A DNA stretch of 64,000 nucleotides from Nitrospirota bacterium (GCA_963703955.1 CAVPGK010000021.1:1-64000), one strand, 5' to 3'. Positions 1 to 10,730 are shown, counted from the stretch's first letter. Notes: generated by a model not told the origin, from the letters alone. Made by a program: numbers and translations.

Positions 1-224
1 AGGTTGACTTGGACGTCGAGCTGGCGGCTGTCCGCCTGGGCCGCCGCGTCCTGGGCGGGTCCAGCGACGGCGCCGAGCAGGACGAGGCCAAGGCCAAGCC
101 ATCCACCGCGCGCCAGCCACCATTCCCGCGATGTGCACAACCGCAACGCCAACGAGGCGGCGGAACAGGACGAGTGCCCAGGGGCAGGGCGCTCGCATCT
201 GTCGAAGAGCTTCATCTTCGCCAT
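1..224 (-). CDS. Partial (runs off left edge) putative secreted protein
   Basis: Manual translation: MAKMKLF...WLGLGLVLLGAVAGPAQDAAAQADSRQLDVQVN; signal-peptide-like segment; lies just downstream of the VOC gene. Confidence 0.35.
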   Translation of the reverse strand, partial: MAKMKLFDRCERPAPGHSSCSAASLALRLCTSREWWLARGGWLGLGLVLLGAVAGPAQDAAAQADSRQLDVQVN

Positions 225-256
225 ACGCAACGCCGGGTTCGGCGCTACCCACCGCC

Positions 257-691
257 TCAATCCCATTCCGCCAGTTCCACGGTGACGCCCTCCGGTCCGG
301 AAAGGAAGACCAGCTTCCGGTCATGGAAGTCCATGACCTCGTTCCGAAGTTGGACGCCCTTGGCCTTCAGCCGTGCCACCTCGGCCTCCAGATCGTCGAC
401 GGCGAAGCAGACATGGTTGAACCCCAGTTTGGTGAGGTTGCCAATGGCCGGGTCGGGGAGCGGATTCGGGTGGCGGTACTTCAGCAACTGCACCTCCGTT
501 CGCGGCGAGACGTTGGCCAGGGCGAGCGTGACGTGTTCGGCCTCGATGCCGTCCACGCCCATGTAGGTCGAGAACTGTGGGCCCGCGATCACGACGGACG
601 TGTCTTCCTCGAACCCGAGCAGGCCAAAAAACTGCTTGGCGGCCTCGACATCTCTCACCACGATGGTGACGTGGTCGAAGTGTTTGATCAT
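257..691 (-). CDS. VOC/glyoxalase family protein
   Basis: Paired VOC motifs FDHVTIVVRDVEAAKQFF and GFNHVCFAVDDLEA...GPEGVTVELAE; ATG at 691. Confidence 0.9.
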   Translation of the reverse strand: MIKHFDHVTIVVRDVEAAKQFFGLLGFEEDTSVVIAGPQFSTYMGVDGIEAEHVTLALANVSPRTEVQLLKYRHPNPLPDPAIGNLTKLGFNHVCFAVDDLEAEVARLKAKGVQLRNEVMDFHDRKLVFLSGPEGVTVELAEWD

Positions 692-1277
692 GGCGCCTGC
701 TCCTGTCACTGGTTGGCACTCACCTTGTATCCCCCTCAATCAATGATCATCCAAGCACTGCGGAACTCCTCAGGCTGCCGGGGAGGGCCTGCCAGCCTCC
801 CCCTGTGGCCAGGGGCCGCCGAACTATTAAAGTGTGCTGCGGGCGACCTGTGCAGCATAGCGTGGTGACCTGAAAGCCCAACTGACGCGAAAGTCTACTG
901 CAAGCTCGCAGGGTTATCTAGCGGGTGGCCCTGCTTAGCCCGCCTGGATATACGGCGAATCCTGCAGTCTATCCGGTTCCCAGCCCGCAGTGTATCCCAG
1001 CAGACAACTTGCAGTCAGAGACGGTCCGCGCGCAAATTTGTGAAACCACCGCCCAGGTACCTGCTTCGGGGATCATCGCTTCACGACCGAATGTGCGGTC
1101 TTTGTGCTGAGGTTTGCCGGCAATGCGCGGAGAACTGTGTGCCAGTAGCAGGAGACCGCCCGCATTTAGACGGCTGAATACCCTTTTTCTTCTTCCGCGA
1201 TTCGCCCTGTGTGACTCTATCTCGCTTTAGCACTATGTTTTGTTATAGTGTACGTTTCCAGCAATGCGAGGTAGAGC

Positions 1278-2870
1278 TTGCGGCACAGGAGGCCTGACGT
1301 TTTTTCACGCTGTATTGGGTGGACGCTCGTCTGTGCGCTCCTGGTTGCCTGTTCGGTGACCAAAGAGCCGGACCCGACTTCCGGCACCTCCGCAGCCGGG
1401 ACCGCTCGGATGGGAAGTTCCTCCGCCGATGTCTGCCCAGGCGCTACTGCCGCCGGACTGGCTCAAGGGGCCGCACTACCTGGTCCAAAACGAAGTCGTG
1501 AACGACGGCGCCCAGCACCACTTTGTCGTGAACTCTGACTTCGGGGCGTTTCCCGCCACCGGTACGTCCATGCTTCGAACCCGGATCGTAGAAAGCGAGG
1601 CCATAGCGGCGTTGAAGGACGCGCGCCGATCAGAGGTGTTCGCCAATGCCCTCAAGTTCCAAGTCCTCCACCCCTTCCGCGGCGTGAAGATGCTCATCAC
1701 GGACCCTGGACGCGTCGTGCGTAGTGTCGGCGGGGGACTCTTGGAGTTTCGTGATGCCCGGACGGTTTCTCAACTTTGAATCAAGCGATCAGGAGGATTC
1801 TGTGACGAAGTCGACGATTGGGTTTTCTTATATGAAGCGAAATCTCGCGTTTCAGTTCGGGGTGGATCCCTATTCGTCCAATCCCGTGCTGCAAGACGAA
1901 CTCAATGAACTGGCCTGGATTGCTTTCACCGCCGATCTGGCGCCTCAGGTCGGGTATTTCTTCATGCCGGCAGGCGCCATCCTTTGGATGACCTTTAGCG
2001 CGACTCGCTGGACCTCCTACCTCGATGAGCAGGTCCGCGAGTTTCTCCACGAGGTGCGTACTCCTGCGCGCTCGCGACCGAGGCAGATTGGAGAAGATGG
2101 GCGTGAGTGAGGAAGACATCAACCTGTTCTTCCTCAATCCGCAGTATTCACCGCGACACTGGACCATCATTACCACCGCGCTCGAGGAATTGTCCGGTGT
2201 CGATCATCGTGAAGCCTTCCTCGCCGTGGCGAGCGAGGCGAATTCCGAGCAAGTGGTCCTGTTTTACCAGCACGTGGCGGAGATGATGCGTGGTTATCAC
2301 CTGCACGTAGACTCCGTCGACCGGCTGCTTGCGCTGCCGCGTATCCCGGCACTCTATACCAAGGATCGAACTCTCGTCGTGATGCTGCCCGTCGATCATC
2401 TGTTTTGGACCTCGCGCGTCGCATCGGTTGCGCAGGCCTTGACGGCCCACGTTCCCCGTCGGCCCCGTATTGCTCGGCGTGAGCTGTGGATCGCCGGACG
2501 AATTTCTCCTCGTGCCAGGCACGAATTCGAATGGCTTGGATGGGAGGTGTACGAGCAGGTATCCGAGAGGTTCTGCCGCCGCCATAACGGAGCACCGGTG
2601 GGGACAGGGGCCAGGCGTCTGAGGGACATCGAGAGCGGCCTGCGCTGCGACGCAAAGGAAGCAAAACCATTCGCAATAAAGAGTGGTTCCACATGGTTAA
2701 TGACGACATTATTTCGATGCCCGACATCTCATGGCGGTCACCGTATCCACGCCGGCACCCTCCTCCCCCCTATCTGGCCGTCTTGTCGGGCTCAAGGCTC
2801 TGATTCAGCAGATCCGCGAGCACTGGTTTGGCACGCCGTTTTAGCCCCAATTGCTGCATATACCGGGTGA
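1278..2870 (+). pseudogene. Conserved hypothetical lipoprotein split over four ORFs (frameshifts or assembly errors); true 3' end probably near 2600
   Basis: Lipobox LLVAC in the 1278 ORF; protein-like text continues through ORFs 1429, 1724 and 2025 in successive frames. Confidence 0.6.
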
Positions 2871-3052
2871 GGGCATTGGCGAGTTGTTGCCGTTGGTGGA
2901 CCCGACGTGTCAGACTGTGTGTCTCGAAAGGTTAATCAAACCGGCATAAACATTGGAGGGAAGAGTGATTGACTCTTTCTTCCAGCTTCCCCAGAATTTA
3001 CCTCGTTTCCCGATCCATTTCACAGGGCCGGGCTCGAAAAGGAGCATCCACC

Positions 3053-3235
3053 ATGGGTAAAGCCATCGAGTGTGCCAAGGTTGATCCGTCGTCCGGATGC
3101 AAGCATGTCGTTCGCGGGAACACTGAAGAGGAAGTCCTGAAGAACGCCATGGAACACGCCAAGCAGCATGGGATTCGGGAGGTGACGCCTGAACTCAGAG
3201 CTAAAGCGAAGGCAGCGATCCGGGACGAAAAGTAA
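3053..3235 (+). CDS. DUF1059-like small metal-binding protein
   Basis: MGKAIEC...GCKHVVRGNTEEEVLKNAMEHAKQH pattern; AGGAG RBS. Confidence 0.8.
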   Translation: MGKAIECAKVDPSSGCKHVVRGNTEEEVLKNAMEHAKQHGIREVTPELRAKAKAAIRDEK

Positions 3236-3450
3236 AACCCGCCAAGACAATCGGGATCGAACTGATCGCTAGAGAGAAATCTGACTACGGTGTCGATCAT
3301 CTGGCGTGAAGAAATACACCCAATTGGGGTGTCTACTCCAAGTTGAGCGGCAAAGCGATCAGCTTGCGGGCGCTTTTTTGCTAGGCCAGGATAACAAATG
3401 TGTAATCCTTTAAATGCGGTCTGCTCCATCTTCCTGCATTCAACGAAACC

Positions 3451-5104
3451 ATGCTGACGATTGACGACATCCGGGTGATTCCGCTGTTCTCGACACTCCC
3501 TGTCACCGAACTTGAGCGTCTCGCGCAGACGTCCGCCGACCTGCATCTCAGTGCCGGAGAATTCGCTGTTCCTGAGGGTGGAGACCGTGCCCTCTACGCG
3601 GTCCTCTCCGGCAAGATCGAGGTCGTCAAGATGATCGACGGCATCGAACGGACGCTGGGCTGGCGCCTTCCGGGCACAATTTTCGGCGAAGTGCCGATGA
3701 CCTTCGGCACGCCGTTTATTGCGGGCTATCGGGCGTCAGAGCCCTCGCGCGTCTTGCGTGTGGATCCGAAGCAGTATTACGCGATTGCGGCGGCGGCGCC
3801 GGAGGTCTCTGTGAAGGTCGGGATCCCTCGCACTCGACCGCATCGGAGGGCTTCAGGATATCGCTGCTGAACCACCCAAGGCGCGCGTCACAATGGTCGG
3901 TCACCGATGGGACGCCGCCACCAGCGCGCTGCGCCAGTTCCTCGCGCGCAACCAGATCAGCTATGACTGGATGACGCCCGATGCGCCTGATCTGTCAACG
4001 CGGTGGCCCGGAACCCGCCCGTCGGACGACGATTGCCCTGCGCTGAGACTGGCCGACGGGATGCTCCTCAGTCGACCCGCGACACGGGACCTTGCCCAGC
4101 TCCTTGGCCTGCAAACGAAGGCACGTCTCGCTGAATACGACACCATGATCATCGGGGGTGGGCCGGCCGGCCTCGCAGCAGCAGTGTACGGCGCGTCCGA
4201 AGGACTGCGCACTGTAGTGGTGGAGCGCGAGGCTCCAGGAGGTCAGGCCGGCATGTCCTCGCGCATCGAAAACTATCTCGGCTTCCCTAGCGGCGTCTCG
4301 GGCGACGAGCTCGCGAACCGTGCACTGCAACAGGCAAGGCGCCTCGGGGCGGAAATCCTGGTCACGCGCTCTGTCACTCGCCTCGATCCGAAAACGCGTC
4401 AGGTTTACCTCGATGGCGACGACGTCGTCCGGGCGCGGACGATCATTCTTGCCACTGGCGTCACGTGGCGCCGCCTCGCGATCGACGGCTTCGATCAGCT
4501 TATCGGCAAAGGTATTTACTATGGTGCGGCACGCAGCGAAGCGAGCGCGACCCATGGACTCGACATCCACCTCATCGGTGGGGGAAACTCTGCCGGCCAG
4601 GCCGCTCTATACTTCGCCAATCATGCCCGCAGGGTGACGCTCGTCGTCCGTGGCGATTCCCTGGATAAGAGCATGTCTCGCTACCTGATTGAGCAGCTCG
4701 GTGGAAAGTCGAACGTGACGGTCCAGGTGGGGTCGGAAGTAGTCGCCGCACACGGTGACACCCATCTAAGGGCGATCGACATACGCGATGAGGCGAGCGC
4801 AAAGGTGCGCCGACACGACTGTGGTGGCCTTTTCGTTTTCATTGGAGCCGATGCAGAGACCGGATGGTTGCCGGCAGACATCGCGCGCGACAAACGAGGG
4901 TATGTTCTTACCGGTGACGACGTGGTGAAGGCCGGGCGCTGGCCGCACAGCCGCGATCCCTACCTCCTCGAATCGAGTGTCCCTGGTGTGTTCGCCTGTG
5001 GGGATGTGAGGTTGAGCCCGGTCAAACGCGTGGCTTCCGCGGTCGGTGAGGGCAGCATGGCGATCGCTTTCGTTCACAAGTATCTGCAGCAGGACGCGCA
5101 GTAG
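3451..5104 (+). CDS. cNMP-binding domain fused to thioredoxin-reductase-like FAD oxidoreductase (one frameshift at about 3820)
   Basis: cNMP domain (GTIFGE); GGGPAGL, GGGNSA and GVFACGDV motifs; removing one G at 3820-3822 joins the ORFs (VGSLALDRIGGLQDIAAEPPKARVTMVGHRW). Confidence 0.85.
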
Positions 5105-5600
5105 CACTCGCGAGCACGGTGAAGCGTATCCGTGTTTGGCAGGCCAGGCGTTCTGCCGACATGATTGAACACATGTAAATTACGAGAGACGTAGGAATGG
5201 GACTGCGTAGCTTTGTTTGTGTGTGGTGAGGGGGGTGTGAGTCCTTATTAGTAGTTTTTTAATTTTCCAGAAATTTGCGTCACGACTTTGCCATGACACT
5301 GTATGCCTCTGTACCCTACCGGTGCCTGGCGACCACCTTGCTAGTGAAACAAGGGTGCCGGGGGGTCCGTCTGGGGCATAGGGTGCAGACAGTCGACCCT
5401 TCTTGACCCTTCATGAAACCTCTCGCAATGGTCATTCTAAAGTGCCCACCGAGTGTCCACGGAGATCAGGGGAACGGGGGGAATTAGAGGGAACTGGTAG
5501 GATCAACATTGAGAGCAAGAAGTGTAGAAGTCGCAGTATTCAGAAGGGGTTGTGGCGGTTTTCAAGGGATTTGGAACAGGCCCCGCAGTGTTCGAGTTAG

Positions 5601-5641
5601 GGTTTACGAAACCGCTGCTCTGCCAACTGAGCTACGCCGGC
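5601..5641 (-). tRNA. 5' half of tRNA-Thr(CGT), att-site fragment
   Basis: Reverse complement GCCGGCGTAGCTCAGTTGGCAGAGCAGCGGTTTCGTAAACC, then non-tRNA sequence with no T-arm or acceptor 3' strand. Confidence 0.85.
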
Positions 5642-5684
5642 TACCGACTGGTGAGAAACCTAAGGCGGGCAAGAGATCGTCGGC

Positions 5685-5713
5685 ATCATACCGAGGGCCT
5701 GTGAACCTGTCAA
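5685..5713 (-). promoter_or_regulatory. Sigma70-type promoter upstream of the tRNA-Thr fragment
   Basis: TTGACA-17bp-TATGAT on the minus strand. Confidence 0.75.
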
Positions 5714-5733
5714 TCTCAAGTCAGGAGCGGCCT

Positions 5734-7608
5734 TCATTTCACGCGGCCGAGAACGAACTGCGACGTCTTCGTTTGAGAACCGAGCGGAGGCAAGCAAGCC
5801 GGTTCTTGTGCGTTGTGAAATTGTTCCTTGGCCGTCTGTACCACCTGCTCATGGACATACCCACACAATTCTCCGACAGCGATGATCCCGTTGCGATCCC
5901 GGTCCGCGGCCCCACCCAGCCCTTTCAAGAGAAAGTAGGTGAAGAGCCCGTGCCGCCCTTCTTCGTATTGATGCGCCTCCTGCCGGCCGCTCACGCCAAC
6001 CACCTGTACGAGTTTGTCTTCCCGAAGCGCCGGCGGCACCGCGTCCCACAGAGGAGCCTTTCCATTCTGCGCTCCGTTGGGTGAGGGCTCGAACAGCGCC
6101 AGGTCCATCAAGAGCACCACGCGCTGGATCGGAAGGCGCGCCAGGTTGTCATACAGTCGACGCAGCGAAAACAGGCGGGCGACGGACGACGGATCCGCCT
6201 CGTACGGAATCAGCGACACACCGCCGGTGGCCGGATTGACCCATGCGCGACCGGCGAGAAAAATAAAGACCACGCTGCCCGGCGCGACCTGCTCAGGCAA
6301 CCATTCCTCGAAGAGTTCGACCAGATCGTCCTTCAATGCATGATCATCCGTCGCCAGCCGGATCTGTGTCGGTGAAATGCCGGCCACAGCCTGAAAATAT
6401 TCCGCCATCACTTCGGCATCACGCGCGGCAAATTCAACCGCCGGAACCTCGCCGTTTCGAAAGGTGCCGACCCCGACTGCGATGCCGACCGCTTTCTGCC
6501 GCTCATAGCCGGACGCTCGCTCGGGAATCAAGTCCACATCCACCTCGCGCGCCTCTTTAACGGATGGTTTCGGCTCCAACGCCAATTGGAATTTCTTCTG
6601 ATTCGGTAGATCCGCGGGCGGGAGCGGGGCCTCAACGGAGATGATCAATTCAGCCTCGGTGATGGACTCCGCCTCAGGAGCGGTCCCTTCAATAGCGATG
6701 TGCTTGGTCTCGCCGGGCTGCACATCTCCAACCGGCATCGGGTTGGCGAATTGCGCGACCAAGGCGGGCGTTCCGCTCAGGCCGATTGCGACATGTTGGA
6801 CGACGGCCCCGCCGGTATTCCTGACTTCAACCTCCAAAGAGATCGTCTCTCCACTCTGGAGCCGCTGATCCTGGTTCTCGTCTTGGAGCATGACGCGAGA
6901 CACGAGGCTCGCGGGCCCGGCGGACGAGACCGGAACCTCCCCGACCAATACCGGTGACGCGCCGGCCGTTGCCGTTGATCCTGAAGCCGGTGATGCCGTT
7001 CCTCGGTGTTGTTCTTCCACGGCAAGCGCGGCTTCCCTGATTTTGGTCGAGGTGCCCAATTGCTTTTTCAGCCCCTGGGCCAAGGTCCCAGCAGCCTGAT
7101 TCGCCAAGGCGGCGAGCCCACGGACGTCACACTGCTGATCTTTGGTTTCCACCGTACCGCGGGCGTCGGTTCGCAGGTTCTTGGTATAGAGCACCATCCC
7201 GGTCGAGTCCGTATAGTCTATGGTCGCGCCTAGCGTCACGGTGGCCGGGTAACTCTTCGTCGCTTGACGATAAATCGAGACAGCGACTTCCTGCAGCCCG
7301 AGCGCAACTTGCACCACGCCGTCGGGCGGCCTCTGTGATGAGCCGGAGCCCACGGTGACCCGCTCAAAGACGGTCCCGATTTCTCGTTTCAACGAGTCCT
7401 TCAGGCGATCCCCGATAGGAAGCGTCTGCGGTTTCCGGCAGGCGTCGGTGTACTGAAGCTGCGCCTCCGTGACGCTGGCATCCAGGCGCAGGTCAACCGT
7501 CAACGGCAGCCAGTACCCCTGTGGATCACTGAGCCGGTGGAAGAGTTTTGACGGCCCACAGGCTGAGAGAGCAAGCAGCGACAGAATGGAAATTGCCGCA
7601 CGAGTCAT
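5734..7608 (-). CDS. Lipoprotein with Ig/CARDB-like segment and C-terminal caspase-like (peptidase C14) domain, probably inactive
   Basis: Lipobox LSAC; AVGVGTF...FAARDAE, HGLFTYFLLKGLGGAAD motifs. Confidence 0.8.
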   Translation of the reverse strand: MTRAAISILSLLALSACGPSKLFHRLSDPQGYWLPLTVDLRLDASVTEAQLQYTDACRKPQTLPIGDRLKDSLKREIGTVFERVTVGSGSSQRPPDGVVQVALGLQEVAVSIYRQATKSYPATVTLGATIDYTDSTGMVLYTKNLRTDARGTVETKDQQCDVRGLAALANQAAGTLAQGLKKQLGTSTKIREAALAVEEQHRGTASPASGSTATAGASPVLVGEVPVSSAGPASLVSRVMLQDENQDQRLQSGETISLEVEVRNTGGAVVQHVAIGLSGTPALVAQFANPMPVGDVQPGETKHIAIEGTAPEAESITEAELIISVEAPLPPADLPNQKKFQLALEPKPSVKEAREVDVDLIPERASGYERQKAVGIAVGVGTFRNGEVPAVEFAARDAEVMAEYFQAVAGISPTQIRLATDDHALKDDLVELFEEWLPEQVAPGSVVFIFLAGRAWVNPATGGVSLIPYEADPSSVARLFSLRRLYDNLARLPIQRVVLLMDLALFEPSPNGAQNGKAPLWDAVPPALREDKLVQVVGVSGRQEAHQYEEGRHGLFTYFLLKGLGGAADRDRNGIIAVGELCGYVHEQVVQTAKEQFHNAQEPACLPPLGSQTKTSQFVLGRVK

Positions 7609-7754
7609 GGCTTGAGGCCGGCGAGAGGAAGAGAAACAGACAAGCCTCACGGTGAACGACGTATACCCCAAACGGTCCAAGAAGGCAATGCTCGAGGAGT
7701 TATGCCGCTCGGCCTGCGTTGACACCTCCGGGGACCTCCAGTAATGTTGCCCCA

Positions 7755-8678
7755 ATGTCTGACCCCGTCCCGTCGGATCACTCTTCCGTCGACCTCGCTC
7801 AGTCCGGCCGTTCTCCTGACCGCGTGGCTTGGTCCGCCGTGGGCCGCCTCCTTCGTCTATCCAACCAATCCGGGACGCTGCTCCTGATGTTGCCGACCCT
7901 TTGGGCGTTGGCCTTGGCGTCGGAGGGCCGGCCCTCGGTCGGGCTCCTTCTGATCTTTGCCGCGGGATCGTTTATCATGCGAAGCGCCGGGGTCATCATG
8001 AACGACCTTGCCGATCGCTCGTTCGACAGGAGAGTGGCTCGGACACGAACGCGTCCGCTCGCCAGCGGCGCGATCAGTCCACGCACGGCCCTGTTCATCA
8101 TTCTCGTTCTGCTCGTGATCGCCGCCGCACTCCTCTCCCTCCTGAACCGGTTCACCATTCTCCTTAGCCCGGTGGCCGTCTTGCTGGCAGCGGTCTATCC
8201 GCTCTCCAAACGAATCGTGCGGATTCCCCAGGCCGTGCTCGGTATAGCCTTCGGATGGGGGGTGATCATGGCCTGGGCTGCCGTGCAAAACCGGTTACCA
8301 CTTCCGGCATGGCTGCTCTATGCGGCTACCATCTGTTGGGCGGTGGCATATGACAGTATCTATGCGCTACAGGATCGGGACGATGATCTTCGGATCGGGG
8401 TGAAATCTTCAGCGATTCTCTTCGGCTCATGCACGTGGATAGCCGTCGGGGTCGCATTGACCATCATGTTTATTCTGCTTGCGGTGACCGGTTCACTGAT
8501 CGGAATGAATGCGGCGTTTTATGGCGTGCTGATCGCCCTCGCCGGGTTCTTAAGCCAACAGGTCTGGAGACTGAGAACACCGGTCTCCTCTGCGCACGCC
8601 TTCAGTCTGTTCAAACAACACGTCTGGGTCGGATGGGCGATCTTGGCGGGAATCTGGTTGGGACTGTTGGAGTTCTGA
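7755..8678 (+). CDS. ubiA: 4-hydroxybenzoate polyprenyltransferase
   Basis: MRSAGVIMNDLADRSFDRRVARTRTRPLASG and YDSIYALQDRDDD motifs. Confidence 0.92.
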   Translation: MSDPVPSDHSSVDLAQSGRSPDRVAWSAVGRLLRLSNQSGTLLLMLPTLWALALASEGRPSVGLLLIFAAGSFIMRSAGVIMNDLADRSFDRRVARTRTRPLASGAISPRTALFIILVLLVIAAALLSLLNRFTILLSPVAVLLAAVYPLSKRIVRIPQAVLGIAFGWGVIMAWAAVQNRLPLPAWLLYAATICWAVAYDSIYALQDRDDDLRIGVKSSAILFGSCTWIAVGVALTIMFILLAVTGSLIGMNAAFYGVLIALAGFLSQQVWRLRTPVSSAHAFSLFKQHVWVGWAILAGIWLGLLEF

Positions 8679-8731
8679 GTGCCGAGTGGTGAGTTTCCAG
8701 AAAAACTCAGCACTCATCACTCGGAACTTAA
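8671..8731. repeat. Inverted tandem heptamer repeat hairpin between convergent genes (likely bidirectional terminator)
   Basis: agttctg-agtgccg-agtggtg-agtttcc facing aactcag-cactcat-cactcgg-aacttaa. Confidence 0.65.
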
Positions 8732-8741
8732 AACCTCGTCT

Positions 8742-9791
8742 TCAGTTGGAGGCTTTTTCGATCGGCTTCGCCTCACCTGCCGGCTTCTCCGGGCGTGGCG
8801 CGCGCAAGGTGGTCAGATACATCGCGACGGCCTTGGCATCGGGATCGCTGAGCCCGAGATTCGGCATCCGTGTTTCGGGTTTCATGCTCTGCGGGTATTT
8901 GATCCATCGATAGACCCAGGTAGCATTCAGCCGAAACCCTGCGCGATCCAGCGCCGGGCCCACGACTCCACCCTCCTCGCCGACACGGTGGCAGCCGTTA
9001 CATCCATACTTGCTCGAATACAGACGCTTTCCGACATGAGCCAACTTGGCCGCCTCGGCAGAAGGCATCGTCAGATCCGGCCTCTGCACCGCGGCGAGCT
9101 TGGGGCGGGACGTAAACGAGGCCGCAGCAGCTTTTACCTTCTCGAGTTCCTTCGATGCCGCGCCAAACGCCGCTTGCTCTTTAGCGAAGGCCTCATCGTC
9201 GACTTCGGCCCCTTTTGCTTGCGCCTCGTCGTTGGCTTTCTTTTCCGCGGCATCAAGAGCCTGCTTGGCCTGGTCATAGGCTTGCTGCGCGGCCTGGACA
9301 TGGCTCCCCAGTTCCTTCTTTCGCCCTTCCAAATCGTAGGTGAGCTTCATTCCATGCAAGGTGCGGACGTACGCCACGATCGCCCAGATCTCTTCCTCCG
9401 ACAGGGTGTACTTGAAGCTGGGCATGGTAGGCACGGCAAACTCGTCGTCCCCGATCTTCTCGCCGCCTTCAGGGCTCGTGTCCTTCATGTCGCGGGAAAT
9501 GGTCCCAAAAATTTCCTCGTCCTTAAACGTGGACATCTCGGCTTTGGCCGAGAGATCTTTCGGGCGCGGATCGGGCATCGCACTCCAGTTATAGCCCTCA
9601 TTCTGCCGTCCGTTTTCTCCGTGGCAATGCAGGCAGTAGTGAGCGTACAGGTCCTTCCCCTTGGAGATCTGCTCGCTTTGAAAGAGGGCGCACCCCACAA
9701 GCCCCGCGGCGGCGCAGATGCTCGCCACCGCCGCCGTCAGGACGAACCTCCGAAGATTCCGCGTCCCTTCCATGCCCATGGTCGCCCTCAT
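8742..9791 (-). CDS. Di-heme c-type cytochrome (lipoprotein)
   Basis: CLHCH and CNGCH; lipobox LVGC; ATGA overlap with the upstream gene. Confidence 0.88.
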   Translation of the reverse strand: MRATMGMEGTRNLRRFVLTAAVASICAAAGLVGCALFQSEQISKGKDLYAHYCLHCHGENGRQNEGYNWSAMPDPRPKDLSAKAEMSTFKDEEIFGTISRDMKDTSPEGGEKIGDDEFAVPTMPSFKYTLSEEEIWAIVAYVRTLHGMKLTYDLEGRKKELGSHVQAAQQAYDQAKQALDAAEKKANDEAQAKGAEVDDEAFAKEQAAFGAASKELEKVKAAAASFTSRPKLAAVQRPDLTMPSAEAAKLAHVGKRLYSSKYGCNGCHRVGEEGGVVGPALDRAGFRLNATWVYRWIKYPQSMKPETRMPNLGLSDPDAKAVAMYLTTLRAPRPEKPAGEAKPIEKASN

Positions 9792-10621
9792 GTGGAGGAC
9801 CCTTTCTTCAGTTTTCGAATGACGACGAACTGAAACACCGCGGCAATCCCCACCGCCAACGCCGCATAGAGATATCCCGAATAGTCCGGAGGTGGTTCCG
9901 CGCGGAAATACCACCAGGACGACACCGCTTTCTGCGAGCCCTTTTCCTTCAGATCGCCGCTCTCCAATTTCTTGCCGTCCCAGACGGCGAACGCAATATT
10001 GATGAAGTCGCCCGGCTTGATCTGGGTGTCATGCTCCGGATCGTCGGTGGACAAGGCGCGCGTAAAGACGACCTTCCAGACTCCATTTTGATAGACGCCC
10101 TTGCCCTTGGTGTCTTGCCGGTCCTGAACTTTTAAGGTGCCGAACCCCTGCGCATTCATATCGAGCACCTTGTTATCCTTGTTTTTCCAGTACCAGATAT
10201 TCACCGGGCCGCCTTCCACCAGAGTCATCGGCTGGCCATGCGCAAAATGCGCCTTCTTATCCCCGATCATGAACTCCAGCGCCGCCGCGTCATCCGGGTC
10301 TTGCGTGGGGTCTTCATATTCCACTAGGATCGCCAGCGTGCTCCCGTCATGAAGACCGCGAACCTTGATCGACTTGGCCGTCGCTTCGCCGATTCGAGTG
10401 GGCCAATGGACCTGCGGAGACAGGGGAAACTCGGAGAGCGGCGCGCTATTCCATGCTGCGGCCGTTGGATCGTCCGCCGGCAGACCGCCTTTGGCCAGGA
10501 CAGCGCGAACGGCCACACTTTCCTGAGCAGACCCGACACCCGCACTGACCAGACCGACCGCCAAGCACAACCCGCCAATGATTCCGAGTCGTGTCATCTG
10601 AAATCGTCTCAAACTTCTCAT
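9788..10621 (-). CDS. Ethylbenzene-dehydrogenase-gamma-like (EB_dh) heme b protein; NxrC-like candidate
   Basis: Signal peptide; GPVNIWYW, GVWKVVFTRAL, IAFAVWDG, KAVSSW motifs; C-terminal TM anchor. Confidence 0.8.
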   Translation of the reverse strand: MRSLRRFQMTRLGIIGGLCLAVGLVSAGVGSAQESVAVRAVLAKGGLPADDPTAAAWNSAPLSEFPLSPQVHWPTRIGEATAKSIKVRGLHDGSTLAILVEYEDPTQDPDDAAALEFMIGDKKAHFAHGQPMTLVEGGPVNIWYWKNKDNKVLDMNAQGFGTLKVQDRQDTKGKGVYQNGVWKVVFTRALSTDDPEHDTQIKPGDFINIAFAVWDGKKLESGDLKEKGSQKAVSSWWYFRAEPPPDYSGYLYAALAVGIAAVFQFVVIRKLKKGSST

Positions 10622-10690
10622 ACTTGCCTTACCTTTTTCCTTCAACTCTCCCTCACCCGATGGGTGAACGTCCTACTGCGCGCATGTTTT

Positions 10691-10730
10691 CACCCACCCA
10701 CCCCAGGCGCGCCAAGACGCGCCCCTTCCC
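10691..10730. repeat. Repeat family A (C-rich leader plus hairpin with CCAAGA loop), inserted into a degenerate family B core
   Basis: cacccacccaccccaGGCGCG-ccaaga-CGCGCCccttccc, preceded by tactgcgcgcat. Confidence 0.85.

Noticed and set aside
897..1015. Possible structured RNA or riboswitch (actgcaag/cttgcagt and tatctagcggg/cccgcctggata pairings)
   Set aside because: Single copy, short stems in GC-rich DNA, no recognisable riboswitch motif
5521..5641. Group I intron interrupting tRNA-Thr
   Set aside because: The break is in the 3' anticodon stem, no intron core or 3' exon is visible, and att-arm repeats explain it better
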